A DNA stretch of 20,000 nucleotides, from the IMG/VR virus record IMGVR_UViG_3300025769_000092; one strand, written 5' to 3'. This document shows positions 6,486-15,063 of the stretch, in pieces. The notes beneath the pieces are model-generated. The model saw only the letters and a program-made list of their open reading frames with translations, made no database searches and had not been told where the DNA came from. The number at the start of each line of letters is the position of its first letter. Position 1 is the stretch's first letter. The position numbers and the translations under genes were made by a program. This stretch comes from an uncultured virus (IMG/VR IMGVR_UViG_3300025769_000092). Taxonomy: Duplodnaviria > Heunggongvirae > Uroviricota > Caudoviricetes.

Positions 6486-6806
6486 GTGGACATAAGAGAT
6501 AAAATAAGAAAAGCTCTCACAGAAGTATATGGTAATTTTGAGACTTACCTTGAGTCTGAGTATGAGAAATATATCTCTGATAATCTAACGAATGCTTCTA
6601 TGTCCAACAAGAGAAAGTGGATAACCTACAATCAAGTTATATTAGAATTGAAGCATAACATTAAAAATATGCTTAAGGTTAAAGAATTACAATACAAGCT
6701 TACTGAAGATGCGGAACCTAGAGAAGTGTGTATCGAGGTGATAGAAACTTTGGAAATTAAAACTCCAGAACTCGAAAGACTTTATTATAAAATAAGAAAT
6801 TTTTAA
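6486..6806 (+). CDS. Hypothetical protein, paralog of 6923..7258
   Basis: GTG start; motif WITYNQVILEL...ELQYKLTEDAEP. Confidence 0.75.
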   Translation: MDIRDKIRKALTEVYGNFETYLESEYEKYISDNLTNASMSNKRKWITYNQVILELKHNIKNMLKVKELQYKLTEDAEPREVCIEVIETLEIKTPELERLYYKIRNF

Positions 6807-6922
6807 AAAAAAATGGCCATACAAAACGTATGGTCATATCTCTGAAAAAAGTTAGTGTTAACCCAGTAGATTGGTTTGTTTTATGATATTTATTATAAAT
6901 AACAATTACTAAATTAATACTA

Positions 6923-7258
6923 ATGGATGACTTTGATTTCACTATAAAATCTGGGTCTGGTAAGTACTCAAATCTAGATAAGGAGTATGGTAATTTCCTT
7001 AAAACAATAACACAAAAATTAGACGGAGAAAAATTATATAGGTGGGAAAGCTACAACCTAATAATTGAAGAGTTAATTAAGGAAAATAAATTATCTACAT
7101 TTGAAGAGGTAAAATACAGATTGACAGATGGGGAAGACCCAAATAACGTAATGTTAGATATTATAACAAGAGAGAATAATTCGAATGGATTAATGTGGTT
7201 GATGAAAAAACGTATTGAAGAATATAAGAATGAAGATTTCTTTGACCAATTTTATTAA
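6923..7258 (+). CDS. Hypothetical protein, paralog of 6486..6806
   Basis: Motif WESYNLIIEEL...EVKYRLTDGEDP. Confidence 0.8.
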   Translation: MDDFDFTIKSGSGKYSNLDKEYGNFLKTITQKLDGEKLYRWESYNLIIEELIKENKLSTFEEVKYRLTDGEDPNNVMLDIITRENNSNGLMWLMKKRIEEYKNEDFFDQFY

Positions 7259-7261
7259 CTA

Positions 7262-7295
7262 AAAAAGAGAGGTGGCTAATGCTACCTTTTTTTTT
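7262..7295 (+). terminator. Rho-independent terminator
   Basis: AGGTGGC-TAAT-GCTACCT stem followed by a T-run. Confidence 0.75.
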
Positions 7296-7296
7296 A

Positions 7297-7327
7297 TTGA
7301 TTATTTTAAATATTTGTAGTATATTTG
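7297..7327 (+). promoter_or_regulatory. Bacteroidota-type promoter
   Basis: TTG (7297-7299)-N20-TATATTTG (7320-7327), just upstream of the ATG at 7340. Confidence 0.7.
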
Positions 7328-7339
7328 TAAAAAAGTTTT

Positions 7340-8764
7340 ATGAGTAAATTAGATAACACAAAAAGACTTGAGTACCTAGTAAAAAGGTACGATATTTTTG
7401 AGACTGATACTAAAAGTCTTGATGATAAGGTTAGTGAATTTACACGTAAAGGAAGTCTGGTAAAAGATATAATTGGTTCTAGTGGTAATATAATTGGGTT
7501 AGAGTCATTAATAGAGAATATTAAAGTTGATGGTGCTGGTAATAAGATAACTAAAATTAAAAAAACTATTAGTGTTTCTTTTGATGTTTTTAGTGAAATG
7601 GTTAAGTCTGACCCAACTAAGAATAAACAACACACTCAATGGATGTTAGACACATTTATTAGATTATTAAAAGATTCTAACTACTCAGATGCTGTTAGGT
7701 TCGTTGAAGAAGACCTACCATTGGCTAAAGAATATTTAGAAATATTTGAACAGAACAAAAAGAAAAGGAAATTTAAAGAATTATGTAATTCTTCATATGT
7801 TTTAAAAGGGACTGTAAATGACCCAACAAATATAAACCAATATAAATCACTATCTCAACTATATGATGCAGTTGACCCATTTATTGAAAGGGACTCTTCA
7901 GATATGGAAAAGCAAATGCAAAGGTTTGTAGATGCTGGTCAAGCGTTAATACCAGTTAGGGATAGAAAGTTTACAGTGTTTATTCCTTTAACTAGAGACG
8001 CTAGTGTTTTATTTGATAAATTTGCTAGTTGGTGTACTGCAACCCCTAATAACGGTATGTTTAATAATTACACTAGTAATTTAAAACCTAATGGTAAAAA
8101 ATCAAATATTTATATAGTGATAGACCACAGGTTTTACAAAGGTGATTTAGATGATAACTATTTATATCAAATTCATTTTGAAAGTGGGCAAGTTAGGAAT
8201 AGAAAACAAAATGGTAGGGGTAATTTCTTTGAGGATGTTATTTTAAAAAGTGATGGAGTCTCAAAATTCTTACATGAAGAATTAACTACCATGGCTAAAC
8301 AATTAAAAAAAATTGAGAATAATAAGTATATTGATTTCTTAGTTAGATTTGGTTGGACTGAGGCGCTATTTGATATAATGGATGATTATACACCAATAAT
8401 TAAATTTAAAGATAGAGAGGTACCAAAAATACCAGATATTTCTAAATTTAAGGAATTACATACATTGATAATTGCAAACGGTAAATTGCATGAATTACAT
8501 CCATCAATAGGTAAATTAAAAAATATTAGAGAGATTATTTTACCAAATAATAATCTAAAATCGTTACCAAAAGAAATTGGTAATCTTAATAATTTATTAT
8601 TTATAAACTTACTGGGAAATAAGATTAAAGATATTCCAGATGAAATTAAGTATTTAGATGAAACTAATGGTGGTTCATTATATAGAATAGCTTGTAATAG
8701 AAACGAAATAGGAGAAGAAAATTATAAAAAATTAAGAACACTACTGCCATCAGTTAAGATGTAA
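7340..8764 (+). CDS. Leucine-rich-repeat-containing protein (phage-type N-terminal domain plus C-terminal LRRs)
   Basis: C-terminal LxxLxLxxNxLxxLPxxIGxL repeats (e.g. IREIILPNNNLKSLPKEIGNL, LLFINLLGNKIKDIPDEI). The N-terminal part has DPTKNKQHTQW and SWCTA motifs. Confidence 0.8.
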   Translation: MSKLDNTKRLEYLVKRYDIFETDTKSLDDKVSEFTRKGSLVKDIIGSSGNIIGLESLIENIKVDGAGNKITKIKKTISVSFDVFSEMVKSDPTKNKQHTQWMLDTFIRLLKDSNYSDAVRFVEEDLPLAKEYLEIFEQNKKKRKFKELCNSSYVLKGTVNDPTNINQYKSLSQLYDAVDPFIERDSSDMEKQMQRFVDAGQALIPVRDRKFTVFIPLTRDASVLFDKFASWCTATPNNGMFNNYTSNLKPNGKKSNIYIVIDHRFYKGDLDDNYLYQIHFESGQVRNRKQNGRGNFFEDVILKSDGVSKFLHEELTTMAKQLKKIENNKYIDFLVRFGWTEALFDIMDDYTPIIKFKDREVPKIPDISKFKELHTLIIANGKLHELHPSIGKLKNIREIILPNNNLKSLPKEIGNLNNLLFINLLGNKIKDIPDEIKYLDETNGGSLYRIACNRNEIGEENYKKLRTLLPSVKM

Positions 8765-8792
8765 TAGCGTTAACACTTAATAATAATTTTAT

Positions 8793-8823
8793 AAGAGCTC
8801 TCGATTGGGGGCTTTTGTTTTTT
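8793..8823 (+). terminator. Probable Rho-independent terminator
   Basis: AAGAGCTCTC-GATT-GGGGGCTTTT stem (with G-U pairs) followed by a T-rich tail. Confidence 0.6.
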
Positions 8824-8835
8824 AAAGTATAATGT

Positions 8836-9384
8836 ATGTATAATAATAAAGACATAACATTTCAAGAAATGAAATGGAAAAGACTATCTAATGGTACAAT
8901 CAAAGAACCAATATTAACTTATTTAGAGAGAGTATTTAATGAAGAAATTAATAAAGGGTATACACTTAAGGTATCGATAGGTACTGACTCTCAAAGAGTT
9001 AGTAAAGGGTATAAGTTCGCAACAGTTGTAGTAATAACAACTGAAGAAGATTTAGGTGGTAACACTATTGTTGGTAGGGGCGGTATTGTTATTGGTGCTA
9101 ATTATTTTTCTCAAAGATATAAGAATAACAAAAGTGGTGTTAAGGAAAGGATGTTATTTGAAGTTGCTAAATCAATTGAAGTTGCCTACAATACATCACC
9201 ACTATTAGATAAATATAATATCCCTTTAGAAATTCATGCTGATATAAACCCAGACATTAAATGGGAGTCTAATAAAGCGTTACATGAGGCTGTTGGTTAT
9301 ATTTTAGGTATGGGTTATGATTTCAAGGTTAAACCAGACGCATGGGCAGCATCTAAAGGTGCTGATAGAGCAACTAGGACTTGA
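8836..9384 (+). CDS. RNase H-like YkuK (DUF458) family protein
   Basis: IGTDSQ, ERMLFEVAKSIEVA, EIHADIN and KPDAWAASKGAD motifs. Confidence 0.85.
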   Translation: MYNNKDITFQEMKWKRLSNGTIKEPILTYLERVFNEEINKGYTLKVSIGTDSQRVSKGYKFATVVVITTEEDLGGNTIVGRGGIVIGANYFSQRYKNNKSGVKERMLFEVAKSIEVAYNTSPLLDKYNIPLEIHADINPDIKWESNKALHEAVGYILGMGYDFKVKPDAWAASKGADRATRT

Positions 9385-9420
9385 CACTTTTATATTTTTT
9401 ATTATATTTATTTAAAAGAG

Positions 9421-9573
9421 ATGCTTATGTACGAATTGAGAACTAAAGATGGGGAAACTTTAAATAAAAAGTCAGCTGAGAGTATGGAAGATGCAATTGA
9501 ATTATTCTCTAAATACAAGATGATATCATCTAAATCTTTATTGGATATATTTGATGTTGTATATGTTAGCTAA
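9421..9573 (+). CDS. 50-aa hypothetical protein (missed by the ORF track; alternative start 9427)
   Basis: Manual translation MLMYELRTKDGETLNKKSAESMEDAIELFSKYKMISSKSLLDIFDVVYVS. It fills the gap and is preceded by ATATTTAT. Confidence 0.65.
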   Translation: MLMYELRTKDGETLNKKSAESMEDAIELFSKYKMISSKSLLDIFDVVYVS

Positions 9574-9661
9574 AAAAAAAATAATTGATTTTTGACTTTT
9601 TATAGATTACCCACATATTTATAATTAGACTAATAAAATTTTAAAAAAATTTCTAGAAAAT

Positions 9662-9862
9662 ATGTCAAATACTACACAAAAAACTGTTAAGATTACCGAG
9701 AACGAATTAGTTGAATTAATCGACAATATCGTAACTGAAACCGTTGCTGAAAAGAAAAAAGTATGGTTAGCTGAACAAGAATCTAAAGAAGAAAATCTAT
9801 TAGAATCAAAAATAGCTGACTTAGAAGCAAAGGTTAAAGCCCTTACGGAAGGTAAAAAGTAA
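9662..9862 (+). CDS. Small acidic coiled-coil protein, possibly head-associated
   Basis: 66 aa with KITENELVELIDNIVTE and a heptad-like C-terminus. Confidence 0.75.
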   Translation: MSNTTQKTVKITENELVELIDNIVTETVAEKKKVWLAEQESKEENLLESKIADLEAKVKALTEGKK

Positions 9863-9881
9863 TTTAAATTACAGAATATTT

Positions 9882-9923
9882 AGGCTGTTGGAATGATTTG
9901 TAAAATCACTCCACAGCTTTTTT
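9882..9923 (+). terminator. Long-stem terminator
   Basis: GCTGTTGGAATGATTT-GTA-AAATCACTCCACAGC imperfect stem followed by TTTTTT. Confidence 0.65.
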
Positions 9924-9959
9924 ATGTCCTAATTTTTAATTTTACTAAAATAAATAAAT

Positions 9960-9985
9960 AAAAAAAGCGGAATCAATTCCGCTTT
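9960..9985 (-). terminator. Terminator downstream of clpC
   Basis: Perfect AAAGCGGAAT/ATTCCGCTTT inverted repeat. The plus-strand A-run gives a U-tract on the minus strand. Confidence 0.8.
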
Positions 9986-10006
9986 ATTTATAATATCATT
10001 AATTTA

Positions 10007-12553
10007 TTATGATAAGATTATTTTTTTAGTTTTCTTATCGTAAGATATTTTAATGGTCGCTCCTAACTTATATTCATCGTTAAGGACCGCATCAGTTACT
10101 GGGTCTTCAATATGTCTTTGTATTGCTCTGTTAAGAGGTCTAGCACCATATGCTTCGTCATAACCTTGTTCTGATACATATTCTATCGCTGATTTATTAA
10201 CTTTAATTTTAAAACCAATCTCTTCAATCCTTTTATTAAGTTTATTCAATTCATTATGTATAATAATGTTGATAGCATCCTTTTTTAGACTGTTAAAAAC
10301 TATTGTTTCATCAATTCTATTAAGAAATTCTGGTTTGAATTTTTTCTTAAGCGCTTTCTCGATGATAGCTCTAGCTTTTTCTTCTTCATTAACTATTGCA
10401 GCATCAGTTTTGAATCCCATATCTTTACCAAAACTATTTAGTTCTGTTACACCTACATTTGAAGTTAGTATAATTAAAGTGTTTTTAAAATTAACTTTTC
10501 TACCAAGACCATCAGTAAGTGTACCTTCATCTAAAAGTTGTAACAATAGATTGAATACGTCTGGATGCGCTTTTTCTATTTCATCAAATAACACAACGCT
10601 ATAAGGTTTTCTCCTAACTTTTTCCGTTAATTGACCACCTTCTTCGTACCCTACATACCCTGGTGGTGGACCAATTAATCTAGAAACACTATGTTTTTCC
10701 ATGTATTCAGACATATCCATTCTAACCATAGCCTCTGTATCACCAAATATGTGTTCAGCCAATAATTTTGATAGGTATGTTTTACCAACACCTGTTGGTC
10801 CTAAGAAAATAAATGAACCAATAGGTTTGTCTTGGTCTTTTATTCCTAATCTATTACGTTTTATTGACCTAGTTACTTTAAGTACTGCATCGTCTTGACC
10901 TATAACCTTACCCATCAAGTCTTTATCCATACTCATTAACTTTTTATTTTCTTGAGAAGAAATCTTATTGACTGGAATACCAGTCATCATAGAAACTACT
11001 TCAGACACTAAATCAACATCAACAATAGTTCTTTTTTTGTCAAGTGATTCCATCCACTCAGTTTTAGCCACTTCTAACTCTTCGTTAACTTTTCTTTCAG
11101 AGTCTCTAAGTTTTGCAGCTTCTTCGTATCTCTGTTGTTTAACTACATCATGTTTTTTCTTATTAATACTTTCTTTTTTATTTTCTAATTTTTTGATATT
11201 TTCTGGTGCTTCTTGATTTACATTAGTTGTTGCCCCAGCTTCATCTAATATATCAATAGCTTTATCTGGCATGGCTCTATCAGAAATATATCTATTAGAC
11301 ATCTTAACTATTTCTTCAATTGCATCTTCAGTATAAGACACTTTGTGATGATTTTCGTATTTCTCTTTAATATTATTTAATATTTCTACAGTTTCGTCTG
11401 TGGTTGGTTCATCCACTAAAACTTGTTGGAATCTTCTGGTTAATGCACCATCCTTCTCAATATTTTCTCTAAATTCGTCTAAAGTTGTTGCACCTATTAC
11501 TTGTATTTCTCCTCTTGCTAAAGCTGGTTTGAAGATATTTGCAGCATCCATACCACCAGTAGCATTACCAGCACCAACAATTGTGTGTAGTTCATCTATA
11601 AAAAGTATTACATCTGAATTATCTTTAAGCTCATCTAATATAGCTTTCATTCTTTCTTCAAATTGTCCTCTATATTTGGTTCCAGCCACTATTGATGATA
11701 AATCAAGTGAATATATTCTTTTATCTAAAATAGTTCTAGGTGCCTTTCCTTGTCTAATAAGCATAGCTAAACCTTCCACTATAGCGGTTTTACCAACTCC
11801 TGGTTCACCTATTAAAACTGGGTTATTCTTTTTTCTTCTAGATAAAATCTGGGAAACTCTTTTAATTTCTTTAGTTCTACCAACTACTGGGTCTAGTAAA
11901 TCACTTTCAGCAGATTTTGATATGTCTCTACAAAAGTTATCTAGGACAGGTGTTTTACTCCCAGACCTTTTTTTCTTTTCTTGTTTTTTACTAGTGCTTC
12001 CACCGCCCATTGTGAATTCTTCACCATCCTCATCACTAACTGAGTTATTTATATCATCTAAATGTTTTCTTAGTTCATCTAATTTATCAAACATTTTGTC
12101 ATCATCAGTATTCATGTCCATAATTTTATCTTTAAAAATATTATACGTTATTTTATATTGTTTTAATAATTTAACTAGTTCCCATTTTGGGTTATTTAAT
12201 ATTGCCAACATGACATGTGCGGTGTCAATCATATGGTCATTAAATTTATTAGATTCTTTTTCCACACTCTTTAGTATGGCTTGTGTTTCGTCACTAAATG
12301 GTAGTCTAACTCTTCTCTTGGTTTGTGCCACGAAATTTAATTGAGTGTCTCTTAGTAACTCACCAACTTTATCATAAACTTCATTTAAATCAATTTTTAA
12401 TCGATTCATAATAACTACCGCACGGTTATCACCATGAGATATAATTGATAATAATAAGTGTTCTGGTCTAACTGATTTATCGTCAAAACTCTTAGCCTCT
12501 TCTTGGGATTTATTTATTACCTTTTTTAATTTTGGTACTATTTCTTTATTCAT
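10007..12553 (-). CDS. clpC: ATP-dependent Clp protease ATP-binding subunit (ClpC-type Hsp100 AAA+)
   Basis: Clp N-terminal repeats, two Walker A motifs (GEPGVGKT, GPTGVGKT), Walker B motifs LFIDE and LFDEIE, GTKYRG and GYVG pore loops, a short UVR-type middle domain (QQRYEEAAKLRD) and an MGF ClpP-docking-like loop. Confidence 0.93.
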   Translation of the reverse strand: MNKEIVPKLKKVINKSQEEAKSFDDKSVRPEHLLLSIISHGDNRAVVIMNRLKIDLNEVYDKVGELLRDTQLNFVAQTKRRVRLPFSDETQAILKSVEKESNKFNDHMIDTAHVMLAILNNPKWELVKLLKQYKITYNIFKDKIMDMNTDDDKMFDKLDELRKHLDDINNSVSDEDGEEFTMGGGSTSKKQEKKKRSGSKTPVLDNFCRDISKSAESDLLDPVVGRTKEIKRVSQILSRRKKNNPVLIGEPGVGKTAIVEGLAMLIRQGKAPRTILDKRIYSLDLSSIVAGTKYRGQFEERMKAILDELKDNSDVILFIDELHTIVGAGNATGGMDAANIFKPALARGEIQVIGATTLDEFRENIEKDGALTRRFQQVLVDEPTTDETVEILNNIKEKYENHHKVSYTEDAIEEIVKMSNRYISDRAMPDKAIDILDEAGATTNVNQEAPENIKKLENKKESINKKKHDVVKQQRYEEAAKLRDSERKVNEELEVAKTEWMESLDKKRTIVDVDLVSEVVSMMTGIPVNKISSQENKKLMSMDKDLMGKVIGQDDAVLKVTRSIKRNRLGIKDQDKPIGSFIFLGPTGVGKTYLSKLLAEHIFGDTEAMVRMDMSEYMEKHSVSRLIGPPPGYVGYEEGGQLTEKVRRKPYSVVLFDEIEKAHPDVFNLLLQLLDEGTLTDGLGRKVNFKNTLIILTSNVGVTELNSFGKDMGFKTDAAIVNEEEKARAIIEKALKKKFKPEFLNRIDETIVFNSLKKDAINIIIHNELNKLNKRIEEIGFKIKVNKSAIEYVSEQGYDEAYGARPLNRAIQRHIEDPVTDAVLNDEYKLGATIKISYDKKTKKIILS

Positions 12554-12571
12554 AGAAAATTTTTATTTGTA

Positions 12572-12636
12572 CAAATATATAACATTATTAATTAAAAATC
12601 AACACTTGATTTTATTATAAATATAAAGTATATTTG
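12572..12636. promoter_or_regulatory. Back-to-back divergent Bacteroidota-type promoters
   Basis: Minus strand: TTG (12602-12600)-N20-TATATTTG (12579-12572). Plus strand: TTG (12606-12608)-N20-TATATTTG (12629-12636). Confidence 0.75.
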
Positions 12637-12654
12637 TACAAAAATATTTTAATT

Positions 12655-12879
12655 ATGCAAGGAGCTCCTAAATTTGGAAAAGTTGAGTTGTTATTAAAAG
12701 ATAAAGATAACGGATTATCTAGAAATAAAGTTGAATATGATGATTGTGGTATGATTATCACTGGTGATTATATAATCATAGTGTTAGATGATAAAGTTGA
12801 TATTGAAACTACTAATACATCCACTGGTAAGATTTATCACATGAGTGAAATTGATTCTTATAAAACACACGCATTATAA
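12655..12879 (+). CDS. Hypothetical protein (probable start MQGAPKF)
   Basis: The track's TTG start at 12634 lies inside the promoter element; the first ATG is at 12655. Confidence 0.7.
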   Translation: MQGAPKFGKVELLLKDKDNGLSRNKVEYDDCGMIITGDYIIIVLDDKVDIETTNTSTGKIYHMSEIDSYKTHAL

Positions 12880-12900
12880 TAAATAAATAAAAAAAAGAAT

Positions 12901-13344
12901 ATGATTTTAGAGAGAGTAGAAAAAAATGGTTCGGTTGAAGCAATTTATGAATCATCAAACATTGTAGCGTCTAGTTACAATAAAAATAAAAAAGATTTAA
13001 ATATCACATTTAAGCATGGTGGCAACTATACCTATCAAAATGTTTCTGAAACAGACTACATGAGATTTGAAACCGCTGAAAGTCAAGGAAAGATACTTAA
13101 TAGCAACATAAAAAAGTATGCATTTCTTAAGCACGAAAATAAAGACGTTGATTTAGTTATTAAAAAAATTAAAGAACTTAAATCAAGTGAGCTTTCAGCA
13201 ATGGAGGTTGGGTTAGTCAATGTGATGAAAGAGGCTATATCATTATATGAAAGTAGTGGTATGTTAGGTTCTGACATGATTGATAATATCAATAAGGTTT
13301 TAAATGTTTATAATAAAACAGCTAGTCAACCAAAAGCAGAATAA
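12901..13344 (+). CDS. KTSC-domain protein
   Basis: ESSNIVASSY...LNITFKHGGNYTYQNV...AESQGKILNSNIK matches the KTSC pattern, with a helical C-terminal extension. Confidence 0.85.
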   Translation: MILERVEKNGSVEAIYESSNIVASSYNKNKKDLNITFKHGGNYTYQNVSETDYMRFETAESQGKILNSNIKKYAFLKHENKDVDLVIKKIKELKSSELSAMEVGLVNVMKEAISLYESSGMLGSDMIDNINKVLNVYNKTASQPKAE

Positions 13345-13346
13345 AT

Positions 13347-14399
13347 ATGAATGGTACTGACAAAGAATATTTAAAATTATTAGAAAAAATACTTACAAAA
13401 GGTAAAGAAAAAGGAGATAGAACTGGAACAGGGACTATCTCCGTATTTTCTCACACCCTAGAAATGGATATGTCTGAAGGATTTCCACTTTTAACAACTA
13501 AGAAGATGTTTACAAAGGGAATCATACACGAACTACTTTGGTTTCTTAAAGGAGATACAAATATTGAATACCTTGTTAAGAACGGAGTTAACATATGGAC
13601 ACCAGATGCTTATAAGAAATATAAAATATGGGCTGATGATTTATCTAAAACCCGTAAGTATTTACCTTATACAAAAGAACAATTCATTGAGAAAATCAAA
13701 ACTGATGATGAGTTCGCTAAGAAGTGGGGTGAATTAGGTCCAGTATACGGTAAGCAATGGGTTAATTGGGGTAAAGGTAAGATTGAGGCTACTGGATGGG
13801 AGCATGGAGCGCCTAATTATCATAAACATAAACCACTTAATCAAATACAGGTCGCAATAGACACATTAAATAACAATCCAGATTCACGTAGAATTATGGT
13901 ATCGGCTTGGAATGTAGATGATTTAGATAATATGACTTTACCACCATGTCATTGGGCGTTTGAGTTGTATACAGAAGAATTGACTTATGATGAGAGATAT
14001 GAAATGTGTTGTAATAGAATGTCTAAAATGTATAATCCAGATGAAAAAGACTTTGATGAGTATAATGTACCAAAAAGAAGATTATCATTAAAATGGCATC
14101 AGCGTTCAGTAGATACATTTTTAGGTTTACCATTTAATATTGCATCTTACGGTTTATTATTACATATGTTTGCGCAACAAACTAATATGGTTCCAGGTAA
14201 ACTAGTTGGTGATTTAACGAATGTACATATTTATAAAAATCATATTGAGCAATGCGAGGAACAGTTATCTAGAGAACCTAATAAACTACCACAATTAGCG
14301 TTGTGTAATGCTAAAGATATTTTTTCTTATAGCTTTGATGATTTTTTAATTAAAGATTATGAACCGCACCCAACTATTAAGGGTAAGATTTCTGTTTGA
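13347..14399 (+). CDS. thyA: Thymidylate synthase
   Basis: DRTGTGT, FPLLTTKK, ELLWF, GPVYGKQW, SRR, catalytic LPPCH, QRSVD, GLPFNIASY and HIY motifs. Confidence 0.97.
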   Translation: MNGTDKEYLKLLEKILTKGKEKGDRTGTGTISVFSHTLEMDMSEGFPLLTTKKMFTKGIIHELLWFLKGDTNIEYLVKNGVNIWTPDAYKKYKIWADDLSKTRKYLPYTKEQFIEKIKTDDEFAKKWGELGPVYGKQWVNWGKGKIEATGWEHGAPNYHKHKPLNQIQVAIDTLNNNPDSRRIMVSAWNVDDLDNMTLPPCHWAFELYTEELTYDERYEMCCNRMSKMYNPDEKDFDEYNVPKRRLSLKWHQRSVDTFLGLPFNIASYGLLLHMFAQQTNMVPGKLVGDLTNVHIYKNHIEQCEEQLSREPNKLPQLALCNAKDIFSYSFDDFLIKDYEPHPTIKGKISV

Positions 14400-14422
14400 T
14401 TAAAAACTAGTAATAATAATTT

Positions 14423-14451
14423 AAAAAGCATCTTAAATGGGTGCTTTTTTT
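14423..14451 (+). terminator. Rho-independent terminator after thyA
   Basis: AAAAGCATC...GGTGCTTTT stem followed by a T-run. Confidence 0.7.
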
Positions 14452-14487
14452 GTTTATAGACATATTTATAATAAAACATTAATACTT

Positions 14488-14748
14488 ATGCCAGTTAATA
14501 GAAAGATATCTTCAGTAATTAGGAGTTGGGATAATGCAGATTTTAATGCACACATATATTCAATGGTATATGCTAGTGTAAACTCAACAGCCATTATAAA
14601 TGGTGAAGAAGTATTTTTAGTTGCAACTACGCAATTAGATTTTAATGTTAAAAGCATTAGTGCTAATACTAATAATGTATATGTTTTAGGTGATAATAAA
14701 AATGTTATTGATGGTTCAACGACATTAAGTAATTACCCTAATCCATAA
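14488..14748 (+). CDS. Small beta-rich hypothetical protein, tandem paralog A (start MPVNRK)
   Basis: The ATG at 14488 aligns with the start of paralog B. The track start at 14437 lies within the terminator. The protein ends TLSNYPNP. Confidence 0.8.
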   Translation: MPVNRKISSVIRSWDNADFNAHIYSMVYASVNSTAIINGEEVFLVATTQLDFNVKSISANTNNVYVLGDNKNVIDGSTTLSNYPNP

Positions 14749-14763
14749 TAAAAAATATTTAAT

Positions 14764-15018
14764 ATGCCAATAAAGAGTGGAATTTATTCAATAATTGATG
14801 CAGCAGCTGATGCTGACTTTACAAAAAATGCGTATAATCAAATTTACGCTGGAGCTGATACTACTGCGGTAATAAATGGAACTAGCGTTGTTATGATTGG
14901 TGGTTCGACTATTGAAGTTAGGGTTAAAAGTATAAGTGGTACGAATGTTTATGTCATTGGTGACCCAATAGATGTTGTAGATGGTTCACCAACATTAAGT
15001 AATTATCCTAACCCATAA
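14764..15018 (+). CDS. Small beta-rich hypothetical protein, tandem paralog B
   Basis: Shares ADF, TAxING, VKSIS, NVYVxGD and DGSxTLSNYPNP with paralog A. Confidence 0.85.
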   Translation: MPIKSGIYSIIDAAADADFTKNAYNQIYAGADTTAVINGTSVVMIGGSTIEVRVKSISGTNVYVIGDPIDVVDGSPTLSNYPNP

Positions 15019-15063
15019 TAACTTTACTAAAAATGATAATATTTATTAATAAATCAAATTAAG

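Noticed and set aside
10266..12344. Plus-strand ORFs, including the 314-aa 11400..12344
   Set aside because: These are antisense shadows of clpC, Ser/Ile/Leu/Phe-rich with no motifs.
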